The notes below the pieces were generated by a model. It saw only the letters and a program-made list of their open reading frames with translations, ran no database searches and was not told the DNA's origin. Made by a program: the position numbers and the translations under genes. A stretch of 64,000 nt of DNA, from positions 583,621 to 647,620 of the forward strand of contig BCKZ01000013.1 of assembly GCA_001600815.1 (NCBI GenBank), given 5' to 3'. Origin of the DNA: Alloascoidea hylecoeti (lineage: Eukaryota). Within the stretch, counting starts at the first letter, position 1. Every line of letters begins with the position of its first letter. This document shows positions 12,518-24,145 of this stretch, piece after piece.

Positions 12518-12590
12518 GGGCGTGTGGCGCAGTTGGTAGCGCGTTAGATTTGCATTCTAAAGGTCTCTGGTTCGATCCCTGACTCGTCCA
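12518..12590 (+). tRNA. tRNA-Ala(UGC), intronless, 73 nt
   Basis: Cloverleaf: acceptor GGGCGTG/CTCGTCC with G3:U70, D arm GCGC/GCGC, anticodon stem TTAGA/TCTAA with TGC at 12551-12553, T loop TTCGATC. An oligo-T Pol III terminator follows at 12594-12603. Confidence 0.93.
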
Positions 12591-13392
12591 TTATTTTTTT
12601 TTTCAGGTTTGAACAACGGCTGGGTCCTCGATTCGTGGCGCAGCAGTTGAATCTTTTGTATCCTCTTCTGTGTATTTTCTTCATTTTTCATAGATAGCTT
12701 AAATGATAAGATTATTAGGGAAGGCAGAAGATCTGTGTTGTAATTACTGTTTACCGGAAAAAGTGAAAAAATTATTAACGGAGTCAGTTTCATCATTGTC
12801 AAGCTATCTTCTCAATCACAGTTCAATAATGAACTGGTTTTCAATTTTTTTATCTGGGTATTATTAGGATTTCCTTTCTAAGCATGAGATTATGAAAAGG
12901 GTTTTCAACGAATTCAAATAGATACGAAGAGCCATCAAATCTTACAGGTACCAATCGATATATATGATTCTCCTTCAAGTTATAGCGGAGGTTAATTTTA
13001 TATAGATTCTAAATATGAACCATATGATGATGTAGAGTCAATAATTGGACTATCAACATCTTCATTCGATCGTCCTTCTAGGAATGTATAGAAACAGATG
13101 GGCAAAGTGACTGTGAGGAGTAAGTGAACTAGCTTTTCTAGTTTTCAGGAGCATTTATACTGCGGCTGGACATATATGCGTTGGACCCATAGAAGAAAGA
13201 AAATACGTAATAGTCAAAGGGTCAAAGAATAAAAACTGATTATTCCATAAACGAAAAATAAATCATTAAATTACTAGATTAAAAGGGGCCATAACTTGGT
13301 AAGATAATTCTGTTGTACTGTACACATAATCAGCAAATATACGAGTACAATAATTATAGGTTATAAATTAGCTTCAAAAAAGTGAGGTGAAA

Positions 13393-13473
13393 ATTGCTCA
13401 CATTTGCTCACGATTTTACCAAATTGGTAACTACATCTAATTTGCTCATTGAAAAGTTATAAATATATATAAA
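13393..13473 (+). promoter_or_regulatory. Cluster of Mac1-type copper-response elements plus TATA-like element
   Basis: ATTGCTCA at 13393-13400, TTTGCTCA at 13403-13410 and TTTGCTCA at 13441-13448, then TATAAATATATATAAA at about 13458-13473. Confidence 0.5.
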
Positions 13474-13615
13474 GACAAATTGTCCTTCCATTTAAGTTAA
13501 GTGATTACTATATTTAAACCAACTAATTATACATTTCGATGATTTAAAAAATTAACAAAAAATTATAAGTGAACATCATAGCTGCTATTTATACAACGTA
13601 TAAGCAATATTCAGC

Positions 13616-14338
13616 TTAGAATAAAAATGAAACTAATCCGGAAAGAACACCAATAATAGCAACCGAACTTCCACTCACTTTCACACCAGAATTTGAAATA
13701 GGAGCTGTGTAATTAGATGAAACTTTCTTAATATTGGCACAAGCAATTCTTGTGGTATTCTTAAAATGGATGACAATGCTTCTTCCAATTGGAGATTCTG
13801 CTGAACTTTCATCCTCATTGAGACTGATGTATGGATGGATATAATTGGCGGTAAATGGATCTTGGGTGATTTTACCATGGACACCAGCCAAGTCTCCAAT
13901 TTCACAGGTTTCTGGCTTGGAGGAATCACATACATTGGGGGGTGAAGCAGGAGCGCCGTATGGATTTAAATGAGCTAAAGTTGAAGCACAACTTCCATTA
14001 GCTGGGACAGGATCGACGTGAACTAGAAAAATTGTAATTGTTAGCAATCGGTGTTATTTAAGAGTTTTACCATTTCTTGAAAACTTACTGTGATAAGAAA
14101 ATGGACCTCCGGCGGTTGGGAAATCTTTCAAATCAACTGTTACTTCAACAGTTCCATTTGAAGTAGAGGAGAATTTAACATATCCGGAAATTGATTTTTG
14201 AGGGCCGCTGGCAGGGAAATCGGCTTGATACACAAGACCAGCAGGAGAATTGGCAAGTTCAGCAGCCGAGGTAGAAGCCTTGACAGTTTCCAAAGAAACA
14301 ATGGGTGCGACGAAAGAGAATAGAGTTCCAAATTTCAT
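13616..14338 (-). CDS. Secreted GPI-anchored Cu-only superoxide dismutase (Sod4/5/6 family); intron 14023-14088
   Basis: Splicing GTAAGT..GCTAAC..TAG restores FSYHIHVDPVP. Also AHLNPY, CEIGDLAGVHG and SIVIHFKNTTRIACANI, with an N-terminal signal peptide and a C-terminal hydrophobic GPI signal; 218 aa. Confidence 0.92.
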
Positions 14339-17300
14339 TTTAAATAACGTTTAATCGAGTAATGAAAGAAGGAGGAACTTTTAATTTATTTATAGTAAAT
14401 GTTTTTTTAAAAAATTTACTTTCGCTAATTTATTGAGCAAGGGAGGAATATGAAGTGCCTCAATTGTTTTGAAATTATCACATTTATTATTAAACTTTTT
14501 GTGTAATACAGAAACCTAATTATGGCTATCACTGAAACCTCATAAGATGGCAATACACTTAACACAGTTGAAAATGGGCTACATAAACTGCCTTCAACAA
14601 TATTTATAATTATCCAATTTGATTTTATATTTTGTATGAGGGGAGACTTAAAACTTTGTTGCTCTCAGGTTCTCTTTTTGTGTCTTGAAGTTGTTAGTTG
14701 AAAGCTTATTTTCAGGGACAACTGTGGCTACAACAATGGCATATCTAATCGATCATCTCGCAGATTACATATACGAGATCTACATGTTTACTATGCGTTA
14801 TTATTCAGCAACTTGCTTTTTTTCTTTCACTAAGAATGTACTAAATTTTTTGATTAAATTTAAATTAAACAACATATCTAAGTTTATGTTTTGAAATAAC
14901 AACCATGAGATTAAGTGACCCTCTTGATTCTTGAGCTGTTGATAATGAAATTATGGTGAAATGATCAAATTTAATTGAAAGAACGTGAAGTTTCAATTAT
15001 AGTTTTAATTGCTAAACTTTTTTTCGGCGCTTCTGAATACTTTAAATTTATACTACCACTCTAATAATTGCAACAATAAATGGATAGCAATACTAGTAAA
15101 ATTATGAATCGCAATTGATATTTATCGAATATTTTACTTTTGAAAGAATCGACAAGTGCATATAAATTAGCATCTATTTACTTAATACTTATAATGTAAT
15201 ATGAGCTATGGTTTGTTATTGGTATAGAGAAGAGAGCTATCAGTGATCGCCCAATCTTACCTCCTTATATATGGCGTTCCCTTCATTCCCACTGAAAGTA
15301 TATTGGCTGTTTGATTATAAATTTTCATTTTGGTAGATTGATCGATCATCCATTAATATTGTTAGGCACGCTTGCTCTGAGTGCTGTATGCTAAAATGGA
15401 GTTGACCCAAGCACTTGACCTTCGGTTCTACTCGTGCGATTCTATTTGTACTACAGTTATATGTAAAAATAAACCGCCGTGTAGTTGCAATTCAAGGTTC
15501 ATTATAAAAACTTCACAATTATGGATTAGATGGAGCATCTTTTAGCTTATTTTTGAAAAACGGTGCGTTAAAGCTTGATCTTCTTAGCCTTCTTAGCAAC
15601 ACGATTCAATTTGATTGAATTTTAGTGGTAAAATATAATATTTAATTATAGCGGATTGCTCAAGATGCATGTAGCTGGATAAGTTAATATGTATTCATAA
15701 TTTCATAGAATTATAACGTATATGCAATTAGTATTAATTACGGATTAACGATCGGCCAGTCTCGATGTTTTACATTCTATGTTTCTACCCTATAATTATA
15801 ACTTATACCGGCATATTAACGAATTCTAATCAATTATAAGACATAGGTATATTATTTATTTTTTTATATTTAGTTATTCCAAAAGGTTTGATAGTCATCA
15901 ATTCCGGTAATCTCGGCTCGAAAGTGGTTGAAGGGAAACAAATATTAATCTCAATTAAAATACACCACAAATTTCAGTTTTATAGTTCCAAGATATATAT
16001 TTTCCTGGTATGACTCCAATTGTGCCTCGATATAATTTCTGGTATTGGATTCTGGGTATCGGCACTATTTTAAAGCTACAAGTCGTTTACAAGCCCACAT
16101 CTCCGAAATAAGTATGGGAATCGAAAGCAGCATCATGACGTGAGCCATTTAGTCATTTACCACAATCTGACAAAGCTGCTGACTGTCCAGTATATCCACT
16201 AATAAGCTCAGAGTTTCTACAGTTTCAGTGATGCAATTCCATAAGCAACTGAAATTTGTTCTTCAATTAATTGTTTTATTTAATACATTGGGAGAAAACA
16301 TTGATAAAGATCCAGAATAACATTTTTATATCCCGGCACTGCCTAAAAAAGTCATGAATAAGTACAGATTTGCATTGGAACATCATATATATCCTTTCAA
16401 GTAAAACTACCAACTTCTTCAAAATTAAACACATAACCTTGTGGCTTGTTTAGTAGTTACTCAGAAACAACCTCCTAATACTTGTGCGTTTATTTCTCAG
16501 AACTCAGAAGCGGTTTGGATACCAGGTGCGAAGTCTTACAATCTCTTTTCTTTTATAATTAAAGCTATCTTGAACCCATTTTGTGATCTTGGCCATCTTG
16601 TCTCGATATTTACTCACCATTTGGGTCTTTGGATGTATGACCAAGTAAGGGTAGAATTGATACTATATAAGGATCTGCTTCGAATTCCATCACTAAACCG
16701 AATTGCTTTCTCTTTTTATATTTTCGTTAGTTTGAAGGAGTTGAAGCTACACCAAGTCACCATATTTAAAAATCTTTACAAAATCTGTGAAGACCCAGTT
16801 TAGAGAAACGTAACTTTTATATGTTCATTGTGGATCACTAGAGAAAGCGGAAATAGGTTACGTAACTGCACTTATGCCACAAGTGCACACATCACAGGAT
16901 CACATTTATTTTCTGAAAAGTTACCAACTCCCCTCTTCTCTTCTTTTACTTTCTACATCCCACCAAATAAATTAAATTCTTCTTTTTAATATTTGCAGTC
17001 GTGTTATAAACATCCCCAAAAAACTGTGAAAAGTGTATATTGCTATTTTTACTTCTGTAACTATTGGAAAAATAAATCAAAGCTTCGGTTTTTAAATTAA
17101 TCAGTAAGAACAAGAATAGAAGAAAATATAGGTATATTATTTTTCTGCTTATATTATTGAAATAATTAGAATAAGACAGCCTACCACTGCCTGTCCTCTC
17201 GAGATTAATATAAAGTACTACCGTATAATTCGTTGGTAAGAGAATTTAACAGAATCATAGTTGTATTGAAAATCTTAAAAAGCTGGATAATAACAACAGC

Positions 17301-17470
17301 CTAAATTATAACTATAAGGTACTTAAAACTTGCTACGTGGATAAAATTATCTGATATTCATTATAAATTGCCATACAAACGAACATCAATATAGTAGTTG
17401 GTGTAATAATTAGTGTAAAAACACTTAATATTTTAAAGAAGAAAAGAAACATAAGATAAATTTAATAGAC

Positions 17471-19327
17471 ATGACTGAAAATTTCGGGAATATTCTTTTG
17501 GAACTACAGTCTATAAAAGCTCCAGGTGTCTCTAAATCACGGATTAAAAAATTAACAGAAATTGCTGTTACTAATGTTCAGGTAAATAACCCTTACTTAA
17601 TATTGATAAAAAAAAGTATAACACATATACTAATGACAATAATTTTTTCTTATTATAGTCAGAATCCATTTTAGTTCAAAAATTGTATACTCATTTTATG
17701 AGTACACCTTCAAGCCATAAATTGGGATCTCTTTATGTAATTGATTCTATTGTTCGCGCTTATGTTGATGAATCTAGAAAGAAAGGTGAAAATATCAACA
17801 ATAATGCTCCAGAAGGGACCCCTGCAGCTGCTGTTAATCGCATTGAAGGACTCATTGAAACTATTGTTGATAATATTATGAGTTCTGCTTCTGACCAAAA
17901 GGTATGTATAAATGCTCTATCTGAGCTTAGATGTTTTTTTAATACTCGTACTAATAGCTCATTTTTCCATTTAGGCCAAAGTTGAGAAATTAGTTGATAT
18001 TTGGGAAAAGGCACAAACTTTTAAGCCTCATGTAATTGAGTCTATCAGGAGAAAACATTTTAAAGCTCCTACCCCAGTTAATGTTCCTACTGCAACCCCT
18101 CAATCTAATGTTGCCCCAGATGCTTCATCCCTTTTGCAAGTCCTTTCATCCTTGAGGACTAGCTCAGCAAACGCTAACTCAACCAATTCCGATCAACAAG
18201 CAAATAATTTACTTAATTTACTTGGATCACAACAGGGCAATCAGAATTTCTCTAACAATAATCAGCCTTCAAAAGATTCTTATGGCAGTTATGGAAGACA
18301 AAACGATAGACCAAGAAATCGTTCTAGATCTCCAGGACGTAGAAGAAATAATGATATGAGACGAAGATCTAGAAGTCCTCAACGATCAAGAGATCGTGGT
18401 TCTCCAGAAGTTGGAGAAAGAAATTTACCTGGAACTCCTCATTATAGACCAACAAATATTTCGTATGATGAAGGTTTACCTAGTGGTTGTATTAGAGCTT
18501 CAAGTCGTACTTTATTTATAGGTGGCGTTCCTCCATATATGTCAAAGGAAGAATTAGCGGGTGTTTTAAGACCATATGCTGAAGTTCAAAGTGTTACTAT
18601 TAATAATGAAAGAAAACATGCTTTTGTAAAAGTTTATTCTAGACTTGAAGCAGAAGCTATTAAAAATAAATTTGAAGAATTAAATGAAAGTGGTGGTTTA
18701 GCATTACGAGTTAGATGGGGTGTTGGTTTTGGACCTCGAGATTGTTGTGATTATTCAACAGGTGTAAGTGTTGTTCCAATTGCTAGACTTACAGATGCTG
18801 ATAAAAGATGGACAGTTCATGCTGAATGGGGTGGAACTGGTGGTAAACCATTAGTTCCTGGTATTTGTATTGAAGAACCAGATATTGAGATTGGAGCAGG
18901 AGTTTCATCAAAGGCTATTAGTAAACGTATGCCTACAAATTCAGCTAAGAATGGTCCTAAATCTACAAATCCCCAAGAGAGATGGGGACGAGGAGAGAGA
19001 GGTAGTGATAGTGGCAATGCTAATCATACACCATTGGGTAGTAGACAATCACATCAACCACCATCTCAAACACAACCTCCTGCTCCAAATTTCATGGGAG
19101 GTAATAATAATCCTTTAGGAATGCTTTTACAAAACTTTTCTCAGTTCCCTGGTGCAGGTAATCAACAGCAACCTTTACAACAACAGCAGCAACAACAACA
19201 ACCACAAATGACTCAACAACAAGCTTTACAAGCTTTACAAAATCTTCAAGCTCTTCAAGGTATGATGGGTATGAATCCTCAAATGGCTTCATTTTTCCAA
19301 CAACAAAATCAACATCCTCCAAATTGA
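17471..19327 (+). CDS. NRD1: Nrd1/Seb1 RNA-binding termination factor (CID + RRM); introns 17582-17658 and 17902-17974
   Basis: Spliced CID: PGVSKSRIKKLT…HKLGSLYVIDSIVR…KLVDIWEK. RS/RE region, RRM SRTLFIGGVP…LRVRWGVGFGPRDCCDY, Q-rich tail; 568 aa. Confidence 0.93.
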
Positions 19328-19641
19328 TCATGCATAATTGGTATCGATATCACTTATACGTGATATAGAAAATTATAAAAAAATATTGTGTTTGTATAGT
19401 TTATTCTTTCGTTTAGATATAGGTATATATTAATTATATATAAAATTATATACATAATATTTGTATATTATTATTATTCACTAGAAAGTCCAAGAAAGGA
19501 AGTAGATTTTTATATAATTATATGGTAATGGTAATGAGATGTTTGGATGTTATGGAATACTTTTTTATTTCAATAGCATCGAACAAATATTTCAAATATT
19601 TTCAAATAAATAATAATAATCGAAAAGATATTAATTCCATA

Positions 19642-20937
19642 ATGACTTTAGTTAAAAAACATACACCATTAGATACTCAGCCATCCATATCGATAGATTC
19701 AGCAACTCAATTTTTCAGAACATTACGTCCTTTCATTTATAACGATAGTTTACCAAAAAATCGTCCACATTATCATTTACCTACAGGTCCAAATTATTAT
19801 TCAAATGATCCTCCATCAGGACCAGCATCTTCAAATAATTCATATGGTTATGCTTCAAATAATTCAAATAATGGTAGTGGTGGACAAATACGATTTATAA
19901 CTTGGAATAATGCAGCAACGAGAATAGCATGTGGTAAAGTAGATCGATCAATACGTGTTTGGAATCCAGATAGACATGATGTTAAATTTTCAACAGAAAT
20001 TAGAAATGCTCATGATAAAAGTATTGAAGGATTAAGTTGGGATCCAAAACATCCTGATTTTTTAGCAAGTTGTTCAACAGATAGATATATAAAACTTTGG
20101 GATGTTAAATTAAAAAAAGAATTAATTAAAATTAAAACTGGATTTTCAAATTTATCTGTTAAATATTCACCAGATGGGAAATATTTAGCTGTTTTAAGAA
20201 AAGATAATGTTGTTGTTTTCTTAGATGTTGAAAATAATTATAAATTAATTTTCAGTTTTAAAGCAAATGAAACTTTATATGATATGACATGGAGTAATAC
20301 TTGTGATTATGTTATATTGGCAAATGGAATTGGAGAAGTATCAATATATAGATTCCCAAGAGATGAAATTGAATTGAAATTAAATGAAGATCAGTCTCAA
20401 GATGTTGAAATGATCGATGCTCATGATTCTACCATTAGTACTAACACAAGTTTACGTTCAATAAATAACAGAACAACTAGTCATGAAATTGTTATTGATC
20501 TTGAAAAAGCTGATCCTGATTTACATTTAGAAGAAATTTATACAATAGCAGGTCAACAATCAGCAATAACAGTTATTAAATTTGATCCAAAGGGGAAATA
20601 TCTTGTATCAGGTAGTAGTGAAGGATTAGTAAGTGTTATTGATTTAGAGGAATTTGTTTGTATTAGAACATTTGCAAAAATTGATAAACCAATTTTATCA
20701 GTTGATTTTTCACATGATGGAGCATTTCTCGCAATTTCTTATGATAATTCAAATCAAATTGATATTGTTCACGTTGAAAGTGGGAAATATGTTTTTAAAA
20801 TAACAAGAGAAAAAATGACAAGTTTACCAATTGTTGCATGGAATCCTTTAAAATATTCATTAGCATTTAGTGGTGATCCTGAAGGATTAAGTATTTTATT
20901 GATTAGTGGGAGAAGAGGAGATGATAAAAGACGATGA
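19642..20937 (+). CDS. TEX1: WD40 TREX/THO subunit Tex1/THOC3
   Basis: ITWNNAATRIACGKVDRSIRVWNP, SCSTDRYIKLWD, FDPKGKYLVSGSSEGLVSVIDL and VAWNP…LAFSGD. ATG 19642 is preferred over 19522, whose extension is AT-rich and not protein-like. Confidence 0.8.
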   Translation: MTLVKKHTPLDTQPSISIDSATQFFRTLRPFIYNDSLPKNRPHYHLPTGPNYYSNDPPSGPASSNNSYGYASNNSNNGSGGQIRFITWNNAATRIACGKVDRSIRVWNPDRHDVKFSTEIRNAHDKSIEGLSWDPKHPDFLASCSTDRYIKLWDVKLKKELIKIKTGFSNLSVKYSPDGKYLAVLRKDNVVVFLDVENNYKLIFSFKANETLYDMTWSNTCDYVILANGIGEVSIYRFPRDEIELKLNEDQSQDVEMIDAHDSTISTNTSLRSINNRTTSHEIVIDLEKADPDLHLEEIYTIAGQQSAITVIKFDPKGKYLVSGSSEGLVSVIDLEEFVCIRTFAKIDKPILSVDFSHDGAFLAISYDNSNQIDIVHVESGKYVFKITREKMTSLPIVAWNPLKYSLAFSGDPEGLSILLISGRRGDDKRR

Positions 20938-21532
20938 AATAAATATGAGCATAAAATGTAAATGTAATTATAGCAACTTCATTTAAATAGCCTCATCATT
21001 AGCATGTTAATATAGATTCTAGTTATGATTAGGTAAGAAGGGTAAATTTATATAACCAGGATCCATTTCCTTATTACAATTGTGATACACCGTATAGCTT
21101 AATTATAATATTAATATACGATTGAAAGCTATTATATAGGCCAGAATATAGAGCAAACAAAGTTTATAGATAAAAGCTTCTAATTCACCTCGAGATTTTA
21201 TAAGAGTTATTATTAAAGATAGTCATAAAGTTCAGAAAAACTTCCAGAGCATTCATTATATAATATCTAGTTTAACAGTCCAAGAAGTGGAGGATAAAAA
21301 ACTAATGTTTTAATGATCAACAAAAAGAAAAAAAAGAAGTGTAGGCCCATAAATTAAACAAATATATATATAAGAATACAAATGTTTTAGGGATAATTAT
21401 GAAATAAAGTAAATGTAACATTAAATAAAATAAAACAAGCAAGCAAACAAACAATAAAGTGAGTGAGTAATTTGTATTATATTATTACAGTGATTGCAAT
21501 TATATTAATTAGGTTAAAAAGGTGATATTAAT

Positions 21533-21920
21533 TTAGAAACCATGGATTTTTATATTTTTCTTTGGCAAGTTTAATTGAGAGGCTAAAAATTCCATTACTT
21601 TGATACGTTGATCACCTTGTAGTTGAATAACTTCACCAAGTTCTTTATCTTTTACAATATTTCCGTTACAGGCAAAATCCTTCTTTAAAACTTTTAAGAT
21701 ACGTTTCAAATCATATTCGTTTGGTAGGCCTTGAACGGTAGTCAAGGTTTTCCTTCCATTTCGTTGTTGGATACGGATATGGATGTAGTTTGTAGGCTGT
21801 GTGTCGTCATCGCCATCAGCAAAAGGGTCTAATAAGTTATAAGTAGGGTTAGCACGTATCGGACAAGAGTGTATTTAAGTACGCATACGTACCGAAGGCT
21901 TTGAGATTTTCAATGGACAT
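21533..21920 (-). CDS. SUI1: Translation initiation factor eIF1; intron 21829-21892
   Basis: Spliced MSIENLKAF/DPFADGDDDTQPTNYIHIRIQQRNGRKTLTTVQG…KIHGF, 107 aa; intron GTACGT..GCTAAC..TAG. Confidence 0.97.
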
Positions 21921-22045
21921 AATTAAAACTTTTTTGTACGAGGAAAAAAAAAGATTGAGAAAATTAAAAGATTAAAAAATGTTAAAAGAGAAAAGCAAAA
22001 GTTTAATTTCTACAACCCGAGTGTTACACCCTTAATAAGAGATAA

Positions 22046-23166
22046 TTAAGCCTGCGTAACTTTGACTCCCACGTGGTAATGGCGCAGTTGTTCTAACACC
22101 AAAAATGTCACTATTGTTTGTGGCCCCAAGCGAATGAAAGCTGGAAGCCACCCTCGGAACGCAAATAGGATCCCTTCCTTTTTCACAGCCCCTACAAGGG
22201 TCCCCACAGCACTCTGTTTCCCGTGCGACGACGGTGCGTGCATGATTCGTGTTTTCACGACATCTACCGGCGAGCACACCGTAGTTGCAACCAATCCAGC
22301 CAACAAACTGGCTGAAAAATGCGTCAATTTCTTCTCAGGGTCCATTGAAAAGCGTTTCGTTAAACACGTTTTAAATTCGTCGTAGGACACGACCTGCGAG
22401 GCTGTCATTAAAACTCCTCGTGTCGCATTTGGCCACACTCCACGAAGCAGGGTTTTTGCTCCTTCATTCTTGACGATTTTAACAATTCCATCAAGCGCAT
22501 GCTTATAATTTCGTCGTTCCTCTAATGGTAACACTTTATCATTTTGCATCCGAATATTGATAACATCTGCTGGGTTACCTACAAAACCACCCACAAACCC
22601 AGAAAACATTGACATCGGAAGCAATATGTAACCGGGCGGTTGAGCTCCCTTTGTCGTATAAGTAGCTGAATATGACTCTTTCAAGTATTCGTATACTCCG
22701 AATCTTGTTGTTGAGTATGTGGCTTGACGTAGCAAAGAAGCAGAAATACCTGAATAAAGTGCAAAAACACCCTCGTGTCGGAGTACGCTATAAAGGGTCC
22801 CAAAAAGTGTTGCCCCTCGCTCGTGTGCTGTCTGTAATCGAACTTTTGCCAGATCGAGTGGATGCTATATAAAATGTTTAGTATGTGTCCGAGGGTCCTA
22901 TCTGGGATTTCGCTTTTGAGTTTATATCAACTTACTGTGACACAAGCAGCAATCATACTAGCAGCACCTAATTATCTTAGATTAATATTTCTATCTCATA
23001 CTTGTTTGATTTAGAATATAATGTCTATAGCTTACCTCCATACCAAAATCTATTTTGATGCCAGAAATTAGTTAGTTTGTCTTCAATACGATAACTCCGG
23101 CCCAACCCCTATCCATACAAAAAACACTTACGGATAATGAATTTTCTGTCCCTTTTCTTTTGCCAT
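22046..23166 (-). CDS. DIC1: Mitochondrial dicarboxylate carrier; exons 23132-23166, 23036-23049, 22936-22967, 22046-22864
   Basis: Three introns give MAKEKGQKIHYPFWYGGAASMIAACVTHPLDLAKVRLQ. Carrier motifs PADVINIRMQND and PVDVVKTRIM; RQATYSTTRFG; 299 aa. Confidence 0.94.
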
Positions 23167-24145
23167 TTGTATATCAAGATAACCTTATGATGACTGATTG
23201 AAAATTATATGCAATATAAATATTTGTGCACGTGGTAGAAAGCTTTATATAGAAAAGCAAAAGAAAGCAGAGGAAATGTTATAAAAAAGAAAAAAAATAG
23301 AAGAGTGGATGATCTTATTTATAACCGTTTAATCTGGTTGTTGAAAACGGCTAGATCCAAATGAAGAATTAAGAATTCTTCCGATTTACTGCTTTAAAGG
23401 GTTAGTGGGGTAAAATAATATATAATTATCAAATTATTTTGTTTTGAAGTAATAATTTTGACAAATGAAGAAAATCAAAAATCAAAAATCAAAAATAATC
23501 AACATTCAACAGTATTTAAATTTTAATTATAACTTTTAATCATAAATTTAAAAAGATATATGTTGGAAAATCTTTTACCAAAATCTCAAATCATCTAAAA
23601 TTAAACAGATGCTACTCATTTATATATGAAAATTGATCATATAGATTATGTTTTTATCTTCGATTTATACAAGGATCTCTAATTATAAGCTAAGATCTAT
23701 AACTAAGATGAATGTAGCACTATCATTACGATGGATTTTACTACAACTTAAAAGTTCGACCAAATATTTGCAAGTTTACTAGATAAGTAATTATAATCAA
23801 TTGGTGTGAATAACATTATAATTATAATCGATAGTGTCAAAATATTGGTTTTAGTATACCCGATCATCATAACTATTTAAGAGTTACTATTTCGTTCCAA
23901 TTGCAAGTTCACAAGATAGATCTTAGTATACATTTCCGAGGTGGGGGTGCTGAAAGGATGTTTGTTTATTGTTGATCTTATAATTATAATTCACTTTGAT
24001 AGCTATACGGCGTAATATACGCCCATGCTAATTGGATATCTTCACCACTCTGAAATTTCTCTGAAAGTGTAAATATTTTTAAAGTTCAATCAATTGCATA
24101 TCACTGTTATAATCCAAAATTTTCACATTACATCATTCTCGATTA

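Noticed and set aside
12518..12590. Reading the tRNA as Cys(GCA)
   Set aside because: The 7-nt loop TTTGCAT centres on TGC, and G3:U70 is the Ala identity element.
12600..13260. Coding-like fragments downstream of the tRNA
   Set aside because: Frames are short and inconsistent, and nothing resembles CTR/FRE or LINE proteins.
16441..16803. 120-aa GTG-start ORF in the SOD-NRD1 gap
   Set aside because: No ATG start and no recognisable motif in either orientation.
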